A DNA stretch of 64,000 bases from Lingula anatina (Eukaryota; Animalia; Brachiopoda): NCBI GenBank assembly GCA_051362555.1, contig CM120641.1, positions 48,118,401-48,182,400 of the forward strand. Direction: 5' to 3'. Position numbers and translations under genes: made by a program. A model generated the notes under the pieces. It saw only the letters and a list, made by a program, of their open reading frames with translations. It searched no databases and was not told where the DNA came from. This document shows positions 11,901 to 24,200 of the stretch, in pieces (the first letter of the stretch is position 1; the number at the start of each line of letters is the position of its first letter).

Positions 11901-12825
11901 ATATTTAGTGCGCGGATCAAGTTGTTTTGAATGCGCTGTAAGAGGAGCAAAGTCAAAAATACTACAGTCAAAATACGTAAACAAAAAAGGAAATTCATTT
12001 TAATTATTTCTTTGGATGCCTTTGCCTATTTTGCCTTTTGATTGGAAAAAAAATTTTGTAACTTTGACTAGCATTTTTATATTAACTGTTCTTTTAACAA
12101 AAAAGGGTAAATAAGCAACTGCTGCAGTATGATTTTAATGATGTGAGAATGTAGTTCTATTTTGCTACCAGGATGTACTTTTTTCCTACCAGGAAGTAGT
12201 TCTACTTTGCTATTTCCAAGATGCAAAACAATTTGCTATTCGAAACGGAACACGAGCAGTGACCTCTCCTTAAAGCCCCTGTTACAATAATGACTCGAAT
12301 AGAATTGGGATTTTGATAATATTTGGTAGTCAACATCATATCACTTCATGAATTCTGATAAACTTTGAATATAACAGTCTTTTCCTTTGTGAGGGTAAGC
12401 CAGAATTCTTTATCAAAGCTGTCGCCAGCCCGCTGTAACTGGGGACCCGGGTTCAAGATACCACATGGATATATAAGCACACGTCCGTACTTCAGACACA
12501 GTGCAGACATTCATGTACACAGATAGACAAGCAGTAGACATATTTATTCAAACTTTCATTCTATAAGATTTTTGTAAAATTTGCCACCAGCATTCTGTTG
12601 GCGACAGATCTGACATAACAACACATGTGCCCGTACTTACACGTTCTCGCCTAAACTTTGACTGATATACTCCGTGTAGTACCAGCATTGTCCGATAAAA
12701 ATCTCCTTGATATGACGGTTAGTCCCTGCACTCGCCGCTAGAGCTCGGGGCATCAGACACAGTGAGAGAAAAACGAAAGCAAGACAAGTGCATCTTAATA
12801 TACTGCCCCCTACGGAGGAAGACAT
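5978..12825 (-). CDS. ADP-ribosyl cyclase / NAD+ glycohydrolase (CD38/CD157(BST1) family), signal peptide plus GPI-anchor signal; 7 exons
   Basis: GT-AG exons: 12825-12641, 11554-11419, 7685-7458, 6977-6895, 6621-6529, 6379-6293, 6140-5978. The spliced protein has GTNRHIKEIFIGQC, NCTDLWEKF..KDPCNVT..DY, VFWE, SADILTGYL..AWCG, MWTAVSKAFAE..GVIQMILNG, SYFNLFELPN (catalytic Glu, equivalent to CD38 E226), ETCNNGSI and CDCTDDP. It ends TSASNTIGAGFKTLVFGGILVLFYFITI* (GPI-type tail). Confidence 0.93.
7738..11248. mobile_element. Non-autonomous Academ-like DNA transposon (3511 bp) in intron 2 of the ADP-ribosyl cyclase
   Basis: Termini TAGTCCAAGAAATTGGTG...CACCAATTTCCTGGACTA with long imperfect TIRs (about 7738-8350 versus 10200-11248) built of subterminal repeats. 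A perfect 3-bp TSD TTA lies at 7735-7737 and 11249-11251. TAG..CTA ends with a 3-bp TSD fit the Academ superfamily. No intact ORF. Confidence 0.85.
9471..9690. repeat. 113-bp tandem duplication inside the Academ-like element
   Basis: AGAAGCATTGGAAGACTGGT.CTATAAGGGTTCACACTAGTAACCTACATCTACTA..ATGCCCT.CCACACTTTCAT twice (9471, 9583). Confidence 0.85.
11675..11938. mobile_element. Palindromic MITE, same family, in cyclase intron 1 (opposite orientation to the 14411 and 31369 copies)
   Basis: Inverted ends with CTAAATATGGCCGAC / GTCGACCATATTTAG. The core AATTGCTAGGTCCCTGCAGC is the reverse complement of the core at 14530 and 31492. Boundaries approximate. Confidence 0.65.
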
Positions 12826-13450
12826 CTTGCTTTCAGTCTGAGCGTTTGTGTTGCTAGCCTGGGGGGTCCCAAAACCCAAATAAATCACCTGCGACAAGTT
12901 GATAAGATAAACAACGGTAAGCAACACACTCAATCTAATGTCCACTAACCGCGTATAAACACAAACAGGTAGAGCGTTTCTTACACATGCGCTTCTACAT
13001 GTGTGGATCTACAAGCCTTTGGTATGCGACGTATTACGTAACTACACGTACCCCATACCATACCATTGCGCCACCTTGAACCTTGTACTTCCCTGTTAAT
13101 GTCCTTGCAAACCAGTCATAAGTTAGGCATACAAATATCACGCCATCGAACTACAATAACACTGACTACAGAAGAATTGCGATGTTGCTTTTCACATATA
13201 TTTGAAAAATATGCTGGCCGAATGGTCTGAATTGTACACGTAAAAAAAAAACTATGTGGTAGACAGTTGAAACGGAAACAGGAGCTCTAGCACGTTCCTG
13301 CAGTTTTGGGACACCCCCTCCCCACCCTCAACTGCTGGTGAATCAAGAATAATGGGAATATGTAAGGCTCAAAATTCAAATACAAGTTGGCCTTTTATCT
13401 CGTGTAAATCACATTGGTGTGCACCAGAATTAGGCCTTTGAAATCTTTCT

Positions 13451-13939
13451 CAGGGTTGGATCCAGGATTATGCTAAGCGAGGTCCGCGGATGCGAAGCCC
13501 AAGCCCCCCTCCCCCCTCCCCCCGTTGGCATGGGGTTTGGGGCCTGCTGAAGGGCCCCGTAATCTTTTGGTATTTCAGCGGAGTAACGGTGCCATTTGGC
13601 ATAAATCAGCTAGTCAAAATTCTAATTCCAAAGGAGGAATATTAGACCCCATTCCCAGAGATTAGGTCGATCCAAACTAGATCGACCTAACTCCCTGGGG
13701 GTTCACGCTACATAGCTGTCAGCCGAGCGGGCACAAAAGTGTATTACCCCCTTACAGCTTGTAGTAGGCGGGACGGACATTTAAGCCTGATTATCTGACA
13801 GTAATCTAGTGAGACTCCCCACGGGGATAGATCGATCTAAAATCTATGGGAATGCACCCTTAGTGTGATATTTTTTCAGAAACCGAAATGGGGGGGAGGG
13901 GTCAGAATCCCCCTGTTCCCCCCTCTAAATCCGCCACTG
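13451..13939. mobile_element. MITE with CAG..CTG termini and 5-bp TSD, containing a nested MITE
   Basis: Degenerate TIR CAGGGTTGGAT / ATCCGCCACTG with G/C-run subterminal tracts; TTTCT duplicated at 13446-13450 and 13940-13944. Confidence 0.65.
13645..13859. mobile_element. Tourist/PIF-Harbinger-like MITE nested in the 13451-13939 element
   Basis: TIR GACCCCATTCCCAGAGA / TCTATGGGAATGCACCC flanked by TTA on both sides. The right half is homologous to 5752-5882. Confidence 0.65.
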
Positions 13940-14410
13940 TTTCTACCCAAAGGACATTACTAGTTCAAGGCAAATAAAGAAACCCTGCATGTCCATGTAT
14001 TCTACATCTAATGTAATATGTACAGAAAAGAAATTATAGAAAATTATCGACCCGAATAGATGGTGCGAGAAACGCATTATAGAGAGTCTTATAAAAAGGG
14101 TGCTTTTTTAAGGATATGAGAGAGAAAGCAAGGACCTCCTAAAGAATGCTTGGTAAGGCATCGTATCACATAATGAATAGGTAAAGAAACGTTATCTTTC
14201 TGTTTTGTTTCTTAGAACCGTCACAATACGAGTGCTTCACTGTGCATGCTGTCTTGAATTATTAAGGACGGCTTTCAGAAAATTGTACATATAATATACA
14301 TATATATAGATCACAGGCATGCCATATTGAAGAACCACCAACATAAAACATTGATAAGACAGTTGCATCCGATAAAATCTGTTTCAAGGGAGCGATATAG
14401 AGATAACATA

Positions 14411-14600
14411 GGGGCCATTCAGAATAGATGTTCCGAGTACTAACTGATCCGCTGATTAAATATGGCCGACTCCACCAAAAGCGATGCCGCTAATGCCATG
14501 ATGGTCTCCCCACCTCCGTACGAGCCGTCGCTGCAGGGGCCTAGCAATTAAACCTTGGGGCCAAAATTTAATCTGTTTAATGGCGCGTGTTGAGGCGGGG
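14411..14600. mobile_element. Truncated copy of the same palindromic MITE family
   Basis: GGGGCCATTCAGAA..GATCCGCTGATTAAATATGGCCGAC..GATGGTCTCCCCACCTCC..TGCAGGGGCCTAGCAATTAAACC; right TIR missing. Confidence 0.6.
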
Positions 14601-15779
14601 AGAACAATACAAAAATAGAAAAACACATGTTAACACATGTAAATAATGTTAGTCTGTTCTAAATATGACGTAGAATACGTGTGAATGAGTTGACAGCTCT
14701 GATATTGAAGGATGTTTGACGCACGAAATTTGAGTGGAAAAGGTGTTATATTGCAAATTGCTTTTGTTGAGGCGAGCGTGTTGCTGCACAATCGAATTTA
14801 TGTACAATTTAGCCATATGCTCACAAACTTTCTGAAGTTCTGTTTTTGCTCTAGAAGTAAAGGGGGCCTTATTCCAATAAGGAAAAATTTTGTCATTTAT
14901 TGTAAAATGACAAAATCAATATAATGATTCATTTTTACACAATGGGGGATAATAAAATTTAGTATAGGTTGATATATATTTACACCCATATTTGTCATAA
15001 TGTACAGTGTAGAACCCAAATTCCCTGTCCATAAAAACAACCTAACACATTCCATGATATATATTAATACAATGGGGGATAATGAGGCAACATCTTTTTA
15101 AGGTGAATACATGTTTTCTCTCGTATATCAAACGGTAAGACTAAAATTTCTGTACATTACAAACAATGTAATACAGCAAAATAATTGACATAAGAGAAAC
15201 CAATGGCTAAGTCGGCTCTTCAGAAGACAGACAAGCTCATTTCCCTCCAGCATTTTAGTGAAATCTTAGAGTGGCCAGTAATTTTACATATATGGGAAAT
15301 TTAATTTAAAAAAAAATACTCGTGTAAACTATAAGTGGGCAGTTTTTTTTCTGAATGAAAACAGGAAAGGGTTGATAAGAAATTTAACGATGGTAATTTA
15401 GCGTGAAATAATGGCTTCCTCCTTCATTCGCTAAAATGTATGATTACTGTAGATAATCAAGACAGACTACCGTGATACTTTAAACTAAGGTAATCATAAG
15501 TTTTTGTTTCTCCTTCAATGTGAAAATACTCTGAAGGCGCCGACGTGATACATATTGCAACAAAGTCAGTGTTCTGGATGTCTGAAACCCACGTTATTTG
15601 TAGACGTGTAAAACTGGATATAACGGATTTTACCCATTGTTTTCCTTTATTGTTCAATGTCAGCAATGTGCATCTCATTTACGTATCCTCAGATTAGAAA
15701 TATTGAATCCAAAGATATTTCCTATTTTATTACGAGCTCTCGACAGTCTTCTCATTATAAGCGCCCTGGAGAATTTTTG

Positions 15780-15781
15780 AT

Positions 15782-15812
<31 letters not shown>

Positions 15813-15821
15813 TTTTCATCT

Positions 15822-15856
<35 letters not shown>

Positions 15857-15872
15857 TTATTTTTTATTTTTT
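15780..15872. repeat. (TTTA)n microsatellite
   Basis: Interrupted TTTA tetranucleotide run; a similar tract lies at 30080-30165. Confidence 0.85.
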
Positions 15873-18242
15873 TCTTGGTAACACAACGTTGAGATGCTGT
15901 TAAACATGAAATTTTTCAGCCATAATATACAGAGAAACACAGAACTAAATGTAACTCACTTCGATGAAAAGACAATTGTCGACTGTCCCTGGAAAGTCTA
16001 GTGCTTAACGAAGAGTATTTATATCTCAGTGGGTAAAATTACAGTCTCATGTTCGACTATTTCTACTTCTAAACTGATGGGTAACATGATATCACTAAAT
16101 GTCGAGTGGAAACTTTGATATTTTGGAAGATTGGGATGTCTATGCACTTGCGCATGTGTGATAGTAATGAACCAGTACCCATGTATATCCACACTGTGGG
16201 CCGAGGGAGCGGACAGTTTTCCTGTAGACAATTCGATTACTTAAATGGAATTAAATAGGCCAAGCTCGAAGAACGAACAATTTATAAGTTTGTTATTCAA
16301 TTTACTGGTTATTAAGTGCTGGTTTGCGTAATATGACAAATGTCACAATGGGCGACTAAATAATCAAATATCATCGGCTTTAGCCGCACAGAATTTGAAA
16401 TCGAAAACAACACTTAAAAAGAAAATAGAGCCAAAATATTTATTTCACAGAATAAATAACAGTCATAAATTGTACATAGGTTGTTGCCCAAAGACTTATT
16501 TTCTTGATCCTCGTCGCAGATTCTGTCACCTCCAAACATAAGCCCAAAATATATATCGTTTCTATATTTTTTTACTAAACTACAAAGCAGAAGTTGGAGC
16601 GAGACGACTTCAGACATTTATCACAGATATAACGATGTCTACACACACAATAATTACTGTATCTTCGCTGTATAATAATCATCCTCAGATTGCAATATAT
16701 TAACAAGCTTTTAACTGTACAATCCCGCGGCATCAAATGTCTAAAATATGACACTAAAACTGTAAAACGCTCCCCTTTCTGGACCTAACACTGTTGTCAG
16801 TTTCATAATAGTTATAAGTAATGCTATGAACATTTATAAGGAATTCTATCAACATATGTTATAATATATATACCGTGCAAACGTGTGATCACAATACTGC
16901 ATAACAGGAGCACAATAAGTCCTACTTATATACACTACAGTCAGTGTTTAATTTATTAATTGTTATGATGGAAACAGTATTTGGTTTCTTTTAATCCCTT
17001 TTCATTATCTATTCATCTTGCCAAACATTTTAATCTTACAAGAGAGAGAGAGAGAGAGTGAGAGACAGACAGACAGACAGAGGCTTAAATTATTTGCGTA
17101 TAGCTTTAAAAATAAAAACAAATCTCTTACAACGACCCCCACCCCGCCCCGCCCTACCCCTATGAAAAACACGATTCAAGACAAAAACAGAAAATACACC
17201 GGAACTATACAAATATCGAGCAACATTTTGGGCTTACAAGGGTATCTTTTATTGCGTTTGATTTTCAGGCAAAAGATACTTGGAATTCAACCTAAAAGAA
17301 GAAACATGCGGTGTTCGTCTTCGTGAATGTTCCTCTTCTCTTTCTAGAGATCATGTGGTTTTATTCCAATTAATACCACATCATCTCCACACAAGTTTAA
17401 TTAAGCACCGTTTTGTTGTTGATGTTGTTGTAAATAAAATTGCGTTTCCACGGAGTGAAGTGAAAGAACACGTTCGAATCAGGTCAGATTGTGAATACAG
17501 CGGCCCTACGTGTGTATACGGATAGGGACTTTTCGACTTTGGGACTCGATCAGTACTAGGTATTGTTGATTGTAATTTTGTGCCAAATACGTATCTTTTA
17601 TTCAACTGATGTGATGAGAAAGAAGAGCCCATTGTTTTCTTGTTCTTCATACACCACATAAGTACTATGCTGTTGTTTTACAACAAAGTTCATTCATTGT
17701 CAGAACTTTGTTGTAATATAATTGTGGCAAAAGAAATAGATCCCAAGTTTCTTAGCTGACTTTTTAGTGATTTGCCCCCAAAAATGACAAAACTGATAAA
17801 GTGCACATTAATAGTTTTCCAAAAGATGTATGAAACTCCAACAATCAAACAGGGGTTTCTATGGATTTATAGAAAATTATTTAGGGCAGGCTGCATTATC
17901 ACACGAAATGTGATGCAAATATTACACCATTTAAGGTAGGTAGTTGATCAAATCTAATATCTAGTCACAAGGACGATGTGCTTTTTTTCTTCAGTCAACA
18001 GCTAATATTGAGATAGTTTCTACCTCCAAACACAGCTGATGATATTCTTCTCTGACTAGTCACAAGGAAAATGAAAACAGATGTACATATAACTTGCCCA
18101 AATATGGTCTTACCCCAAATACAAGTATTATTACATGAAGAAAATTCCTTTCATATAATTTTCATCAAAAAACATGTAAAAGAACACATGTATATATGCT
18201 ATATATCAGTCAGCCAAGAAGCTTGGGATCTAATTCCTAATT

Positions 18243-21200
18243 CTACACCCTGGCGGAGCGAGCAATAAATCGCTCGTGCGCCCGTTTGACCACGCCCAGC
18301 TTCTCGTGGTTGGTGACAGCGTCAACGGGCAACTTGGCATAGGGGGCGTCGCGAACGCCGTGGAGCATCAAAGTCCACTCAAAGAGGTTGCCCTCCTGCT
18401 CCAGGCCAGTGACAGGGGCTGTCTCCATGACGACCTCCAATCGCCATGGGCCCTGAGGGTTTTCTGCCCACATGTGGGTGGTCATGAACGGCCATTTGAT
18501 GAACCCGGATGTACTGTCGTCATCACGCGGTCGTCTGCTGAGGATCATAGTCCTGGCAAGAAAAGGATACCGTTTTCACAATAATGCCAAAGCTCTTTTT
18601 ACAGTTATTCAACTGTTCTGAAAGTTATCCGCTTCATGTATAATGTGCTAACTTGCTTCTTTCAAGTCAAACCAATGAAATCGAACAACTTAAAAATTCT
18701 TTGAAATTCTTTGAATAAAAATTCTTTGAATTTGAATATTGAATTACTGCATCATCGGTCAGGTAAGAAAGAGAAACTAATACCTTTTTGGTTAATCCAT
18801 AGATAATTATGATAAAATATTATATTAGAATAATAATAATTTATGTCAGATGAAGCTCTTACTTCGTTCCCATAGGGGAGGTCAGATACATGGTGACGTC
18901 ACCACGACGAGACGCGTTAATGGTAATGAACGCCTGGACATGTTCCAGATAATTGATTTCATTGTCCTTGTCCTGGCAGGCGTCAGTGTCGATAATTAAC
19001 AGCAGTGGCTCGTTAGTTTTAAATTTGCTGTAAGAATTAAAAAGAAAACATAACTGACTTGTTTATGACAACTCAACTTTCAAATAGGGCCTTTCCAAAT
19101 AGAAACGTTTCTGTGAATCTCTACAATATAAGTTTGTGACAAATTGTGATCTAACTTTTTATAAAGCAGTGGCAAAGGTGCATTTATAGAAAGTTTTGAT
19201 ATTTTTATTGGTGGACAAATAAAAAAAGTGTTGTTTCAATTTGTGTAATTGGTAAATCTACAGTTAATATTTTTTAAATATCAATAATCTATAACAAACG
19301 AATTAAAATGTTATTCAAACTTGCTACTCTGGAATATTGCTCTGATAACTTAAACTCCCAAGACTTTGTATAGGTGTGAACGGTAAACTTACTGCTTTCC
19401 CTGCACAGTGCCAGAGGAGCAATGGAACCGCTCTGGGACGCTCTTCCACTTGCCAGCCAGATCCACAATGGACCCAGCGTCTAGAACTCCATAGCCAAAC
19501 AGATGGTTAAACTCCAGCCCAGCCCCGTTTACCATCCATAGGAAGCGTCCTTCAGGGTCGAACAGAGAGTTCCGCTTGGAGGTGAGCACAGTCAGGTGTT
19601 GGATATCACGCCAGGTGAGATCGGGGCTAAAGGTAAAATAATAATGGCGGTGATTCTAGCAATCCCAGCAATTTGTTATGAATTGATATAATAAGGTTTT
19701 GATAACGGAGGTTGAATAATAAGTACTGTACTCAAAAACAACACAGGTCAGATCTATTTTAAACCAGCACTTGTTGAATATCTAGATATATTTGTAGGCT
19801 TTATATAGTGGCTATTTTACAAAAAATAAAATAAATAAAATAAATAAATGATAAAATAAAATAAAACAACTCTTTAATGGCGCAATTCTATAAGGACTTT
19901 GTATTCAACTTTGTCAGAAAAAACATGCAATTCAGTCCATATCTCTAGGAGATCGAGGAAAACAAGTTTTACGTCTTTGAAATAAGGACTTGGGAGACAG
20001 GGTGTTGATTGGAAATATTCCCAGGTTAGTGTTAAAATGATTACATCTAATTATCCTTATTTCACCGCATGAGACTCACGCGTCTTTCCGGCTAAATTAA
20101 TTCTGCACCACACTTACTTTGCCTCCAGAGCGAGCGCGAAGACGCCTGCAGCCTCGGGGGCAGCCGCCGATGTTCCAGAATGCTTTGTGGTGACGTTCCC
20201 GTAAAGATCGGTGGTAGCCTGCAATGTTAAAACACTATTTTTGATACTTGTCTCTCCTATTTCAGTGTGATATTCTATAAAATTACATATACCTGTTAAA
20301 GGTTGATTGTAAACGAGTTTTGGGATTATGTCGTAAAGATGTGCCGATAAAGAAGCTAGCAGTTTGGGCCGTTCCTAATTTCAGTACAAATGTTGAAGGT
20401 TTCCAAAATATTGCCTATCCTTTATGAAGTAAGCTTTATGGATATTTTGCTTTCCCAAGACATCAAACGAAAACACATTATTGATTATTTTGCTGGTGGT
20501 TAAAAAAAATCTGTAGGATAGGAGATGTCCCTTGCGATTTTGGATTGATAACATATAATGGTAAAAAAATGAGCCAATAATTTCAGCACAAACACGCTTT
20601 TCTCCTGTCTACAATCGGATCCAAAACACACAGTCTACAACAACACTCCAATCATCACTCTATTTTTCTTGTCATTGAAACAATCATAGATAATTTCCCC
20701 AAAGTCTTGTGCCCTGAATGCTCATTGCCATCACTTACCACGCCAGCGTCGTAAATGCTGCTCTTCCCGTTGCTAAAGGTGGAGGCCAGAGTCGAGGAAC
20801 ACGACTCGTCATAACCCGCGGTTTGCCCGTCGTTGGTCGCCGAGTTGATGGACACTGTCCACATACTGGCAGCGTAACCGTCACAGTTGCAGTCATCATC
20901 AGGACCACCGTCCCCTGAGGCCCACACGTAGATGTTCCCCTTCCCTTGACGGCCCTGCAGACATAATATGATTGTAAGAAGCTATGTAAAATTGATTTAT
21001 TGGGGGCGATCTTTTTCCTCGGCGGTATCTTTTCGTCTTTTATATAGACAGATTGAAAGCCATTAACGTGATCAAATAAACAGGCAATTTGGTTGAAAAG
21101 CTTGTTTTGATGAAGAAAAGGAAAGGGCCGTATCACATGCCCTCCCCTGAGGAATGAGACGGTAATTCCAACAAAATTACGATAATGTACCTATTACTCC

Positions 21201-24200
21201 TGGTTCAAGACGAGACCAATCCATTACCTCGTTTACTCCGTATACGATAGCTTTCATGGTGAGGTTCCTGGGTCCATCAACAGTTTTACCGTCGTCTGTC
21301 GGACCCCAGCTGGCGCTGTATATGTCGATCTTCTGGGGCTCATGACCCATAGAGTTGGCTTCTATCAGGTCCGTCATGTATGGTTGGTCCAACATTCGCA
21401 AGCCTGGTAGGGTTGAAAATACGCATATTCTTTAATGTCCTTACAATAACAAAAAGCCCTAGAATCAGCAAATCATTTCATAAATCGGGTAGTTAAAGAA
21501 AACAACAGACTTGATTGTTAATTTTTCGAAAACGGTCTGATAATAGATTTGACACAGACAGCTATCATACCATGTGGCGTATTGTATAAAAATAATAGGT
21601 ATAGTCCGAAAACAAAAAGCCGTGGGTAAGCGTTTTGTACTGTCGTGAATAATAACGTCCCATTAGTTAATAATTACTTGACCATACAAGATGGAACAAC
21701 ATTTTATGCATAAGAATGTGACTGCATGTACACCGCTTTTGTTTGATAGCTGAAGTCGTAACATTAAAATCAGCACGGTAGACAAAGCACGACAGCAGCT
21801 CTGAGAGCAATATGATCATCATATTTCAGACAGTTAAAGAAAAATGTCTCTATCACAGACCAAACCATATTACATCATAACAGAAAAGAGCTGACAGAAT
21901 CATGAAAGTATTCAGAAGAAGATTTCAATCGGTTTTCAAAGAAACGATTACAGACAAAACTCTGAGAGAATCAAGCAAGTATTCAGAAGGTTTTCCAACC
22001 GGCTGAGGGCAATAAAATCGTCATATTTCTGTCATTGATAAGATGATTACAGATGAAATTCTTCCTGCATTGTGTTTTGAGAATGTCATTTTTTCGCTGA
22101 AAGTTACAGGGACTTTTTAAATAATAAGTCAAAACATAGTAAATACGAAGAAGGGACCTACGTCAGTGGTTAAACGGTGAATTACAAAAAGCGATAATGA
22201 GCAGTTCGTGATTGACGTCAACTTCGGTTGTTTGTTCATCTTGCAAACCACGTTGGTCTAAACTACCGGTAAACTACCTATAATCTTGTTGCACTTCCCA
22301 TCGCTCTACGCAATATCTGCCTACAAGAACGTTTTGTGTTTGCTCAGTTTCTGTCACGATATCTGGTAATATTGAGCCGGCTGTTGATTGTTATTCCACT
22401 TGAAATTGTAATGATGTCCCAATACCATTGAAAAACTCAATACTAACTGACAAACGGAAGCAGACGACAACCACCCTACCCCTGGGTGGGTCCTACCTGC
22501 CACTCTTGACGTTGCCCACATGTATTGTAGTTCATATACATGTAGAGTATTAACCAAAGGTTCAACGCACTTGTTTTGTTCTCTGAAGTCGAAACATTAA
22601 AACCAGTCCGATGGACAAATCATTGCACTGGCGCTGAGGGCAATAAAATCGTCATATTTCTGTCATTGATAAGTAATTTATCTGTCACAGGCCAATCCAC
22701 ATTAAATCATATTTTAAAAAAGAGCTGACAAATCATACAAGTATTCAGAAGAAGATTTTAGTTCATTTTCCAAGAGATGATTACAGATGAAATTTTCTTA
22801 ATCCTGGCAATACGCTTTTGGAAAAATACTTTTTTGAATAAAACATTAATAAATACCAAGAAGCGCCCTTTAGTCAGATGTCAATAGGTGACTTATGATT
22901 CAATAAAATTATAAAAAGTGATTATAAGTAGTTCATGATTGACGTCAACTTCAGTTGTTTTTTCATCTTGCAATCAGCCGCTAAAAGACGGAGAAAAAAG
23001 TCAGTCGACGCATTGGTTGTTACTCATCTTTCCACTTTCCATCGCTCTACGCAATTTTTGTCTACAAAAACGCTTTATGTCGGCTCTGCCTCTGTCACGA
23101 AATCTGGCAATGATGAGCCGGATGTTGATTGTTATTCCACTTGATATTGTAATGGTATCCCAAAACCATTGAACATTTCTATCACTAACTCATAAACGGA
23201 ACCAGACGACAGCCACCCAACCCCTGTGTGGTTCTTACCTGCCACTCTAGACCCGTAGGCCACGCCCACTCCCCCGACGCCATTGTCTCTTTTAGCAGCT
23301 ATCTCTCCAGCACAGCGGGTGCCATGGCTGAAATGTCAAGTATTTTCTCTAAATGTCAATGAAATACCAGCAAGTAATGTAGCAAATATTCCATAATGCT
23401 TACCGTCGCTGTGAAAAGTCACCTGTGTAAAGAATTACATGTAAACCTAAAGATTGCACTTGGATGGAATGATTTAAAACCAATGATAATACCAACGTGT
23501 ATAGAGGACAAGGCAGAAAATATGTCTAAATCGTTACATATCGCTCGGATAAACATCATAATTGAATACGTATAGAGTAAAGTGAAGCAAAAATAAAAGT
23601 GCTAAATATCTTAGGTATTAAAATGCATTACAGATACCAAATAAATATTTTTGGGGATAATTCGTGATGCAAACAGACCCTATATACATGTGTACCAAAA
23701 GTTACTGGTTATTCTTTAGATATTGAGACTTAGAGAGCATTCAAAGTCAGCTGATCCTAACTAGTCCGCGGATCAAATATGGCGCGACCCACTTGAAAGC
23801 ATGTGCCGAGATTTAATTGCCCTGCTCCTGCTGGGATGCGTGGGAGGCGGGAAATCCATTACATTATTGTTAGGAGATTACGCTAATTGATTTCAAGCGC
23901 ACGCCATATTTCACCCGTGGACTTGTTAGTCCGCGGAACAACGGGTTGCGGATGCTCTCTTAGAGAAAATTCCGAGGTTCATTTTCACATCCTAAGTGTG
24001 AACATGAAAGGAAGTGCCTTGTAAATCCAGAACTTAAGCTTTAGACCACCGCAGATCTTGGCGAAGAAACGTACCTGTTATATTTCATATTTAAAACGAT
24101 GGAGGTTGTGGATATTGATTAGTAATGTTAATTATCTTTAATGGCCATACGAGTGTTTTCCCTTGGTAAGTTTTGAAAAAGCTTCCCCAATCTACATGTG

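Noticed and set aside
12415-12465. tRNA-like B-box (GGGTTCAAG) with a short stem
   Set aside because: No complete cloverleaf or A-box can be built; at most a SINE remnant.
12826-12945. Upstream 40-codon extension of cyclase exon 1 in the ORF track
   Set aside because: It starts at GTG; the first ATG at 12825 gives a normal signal peptide.
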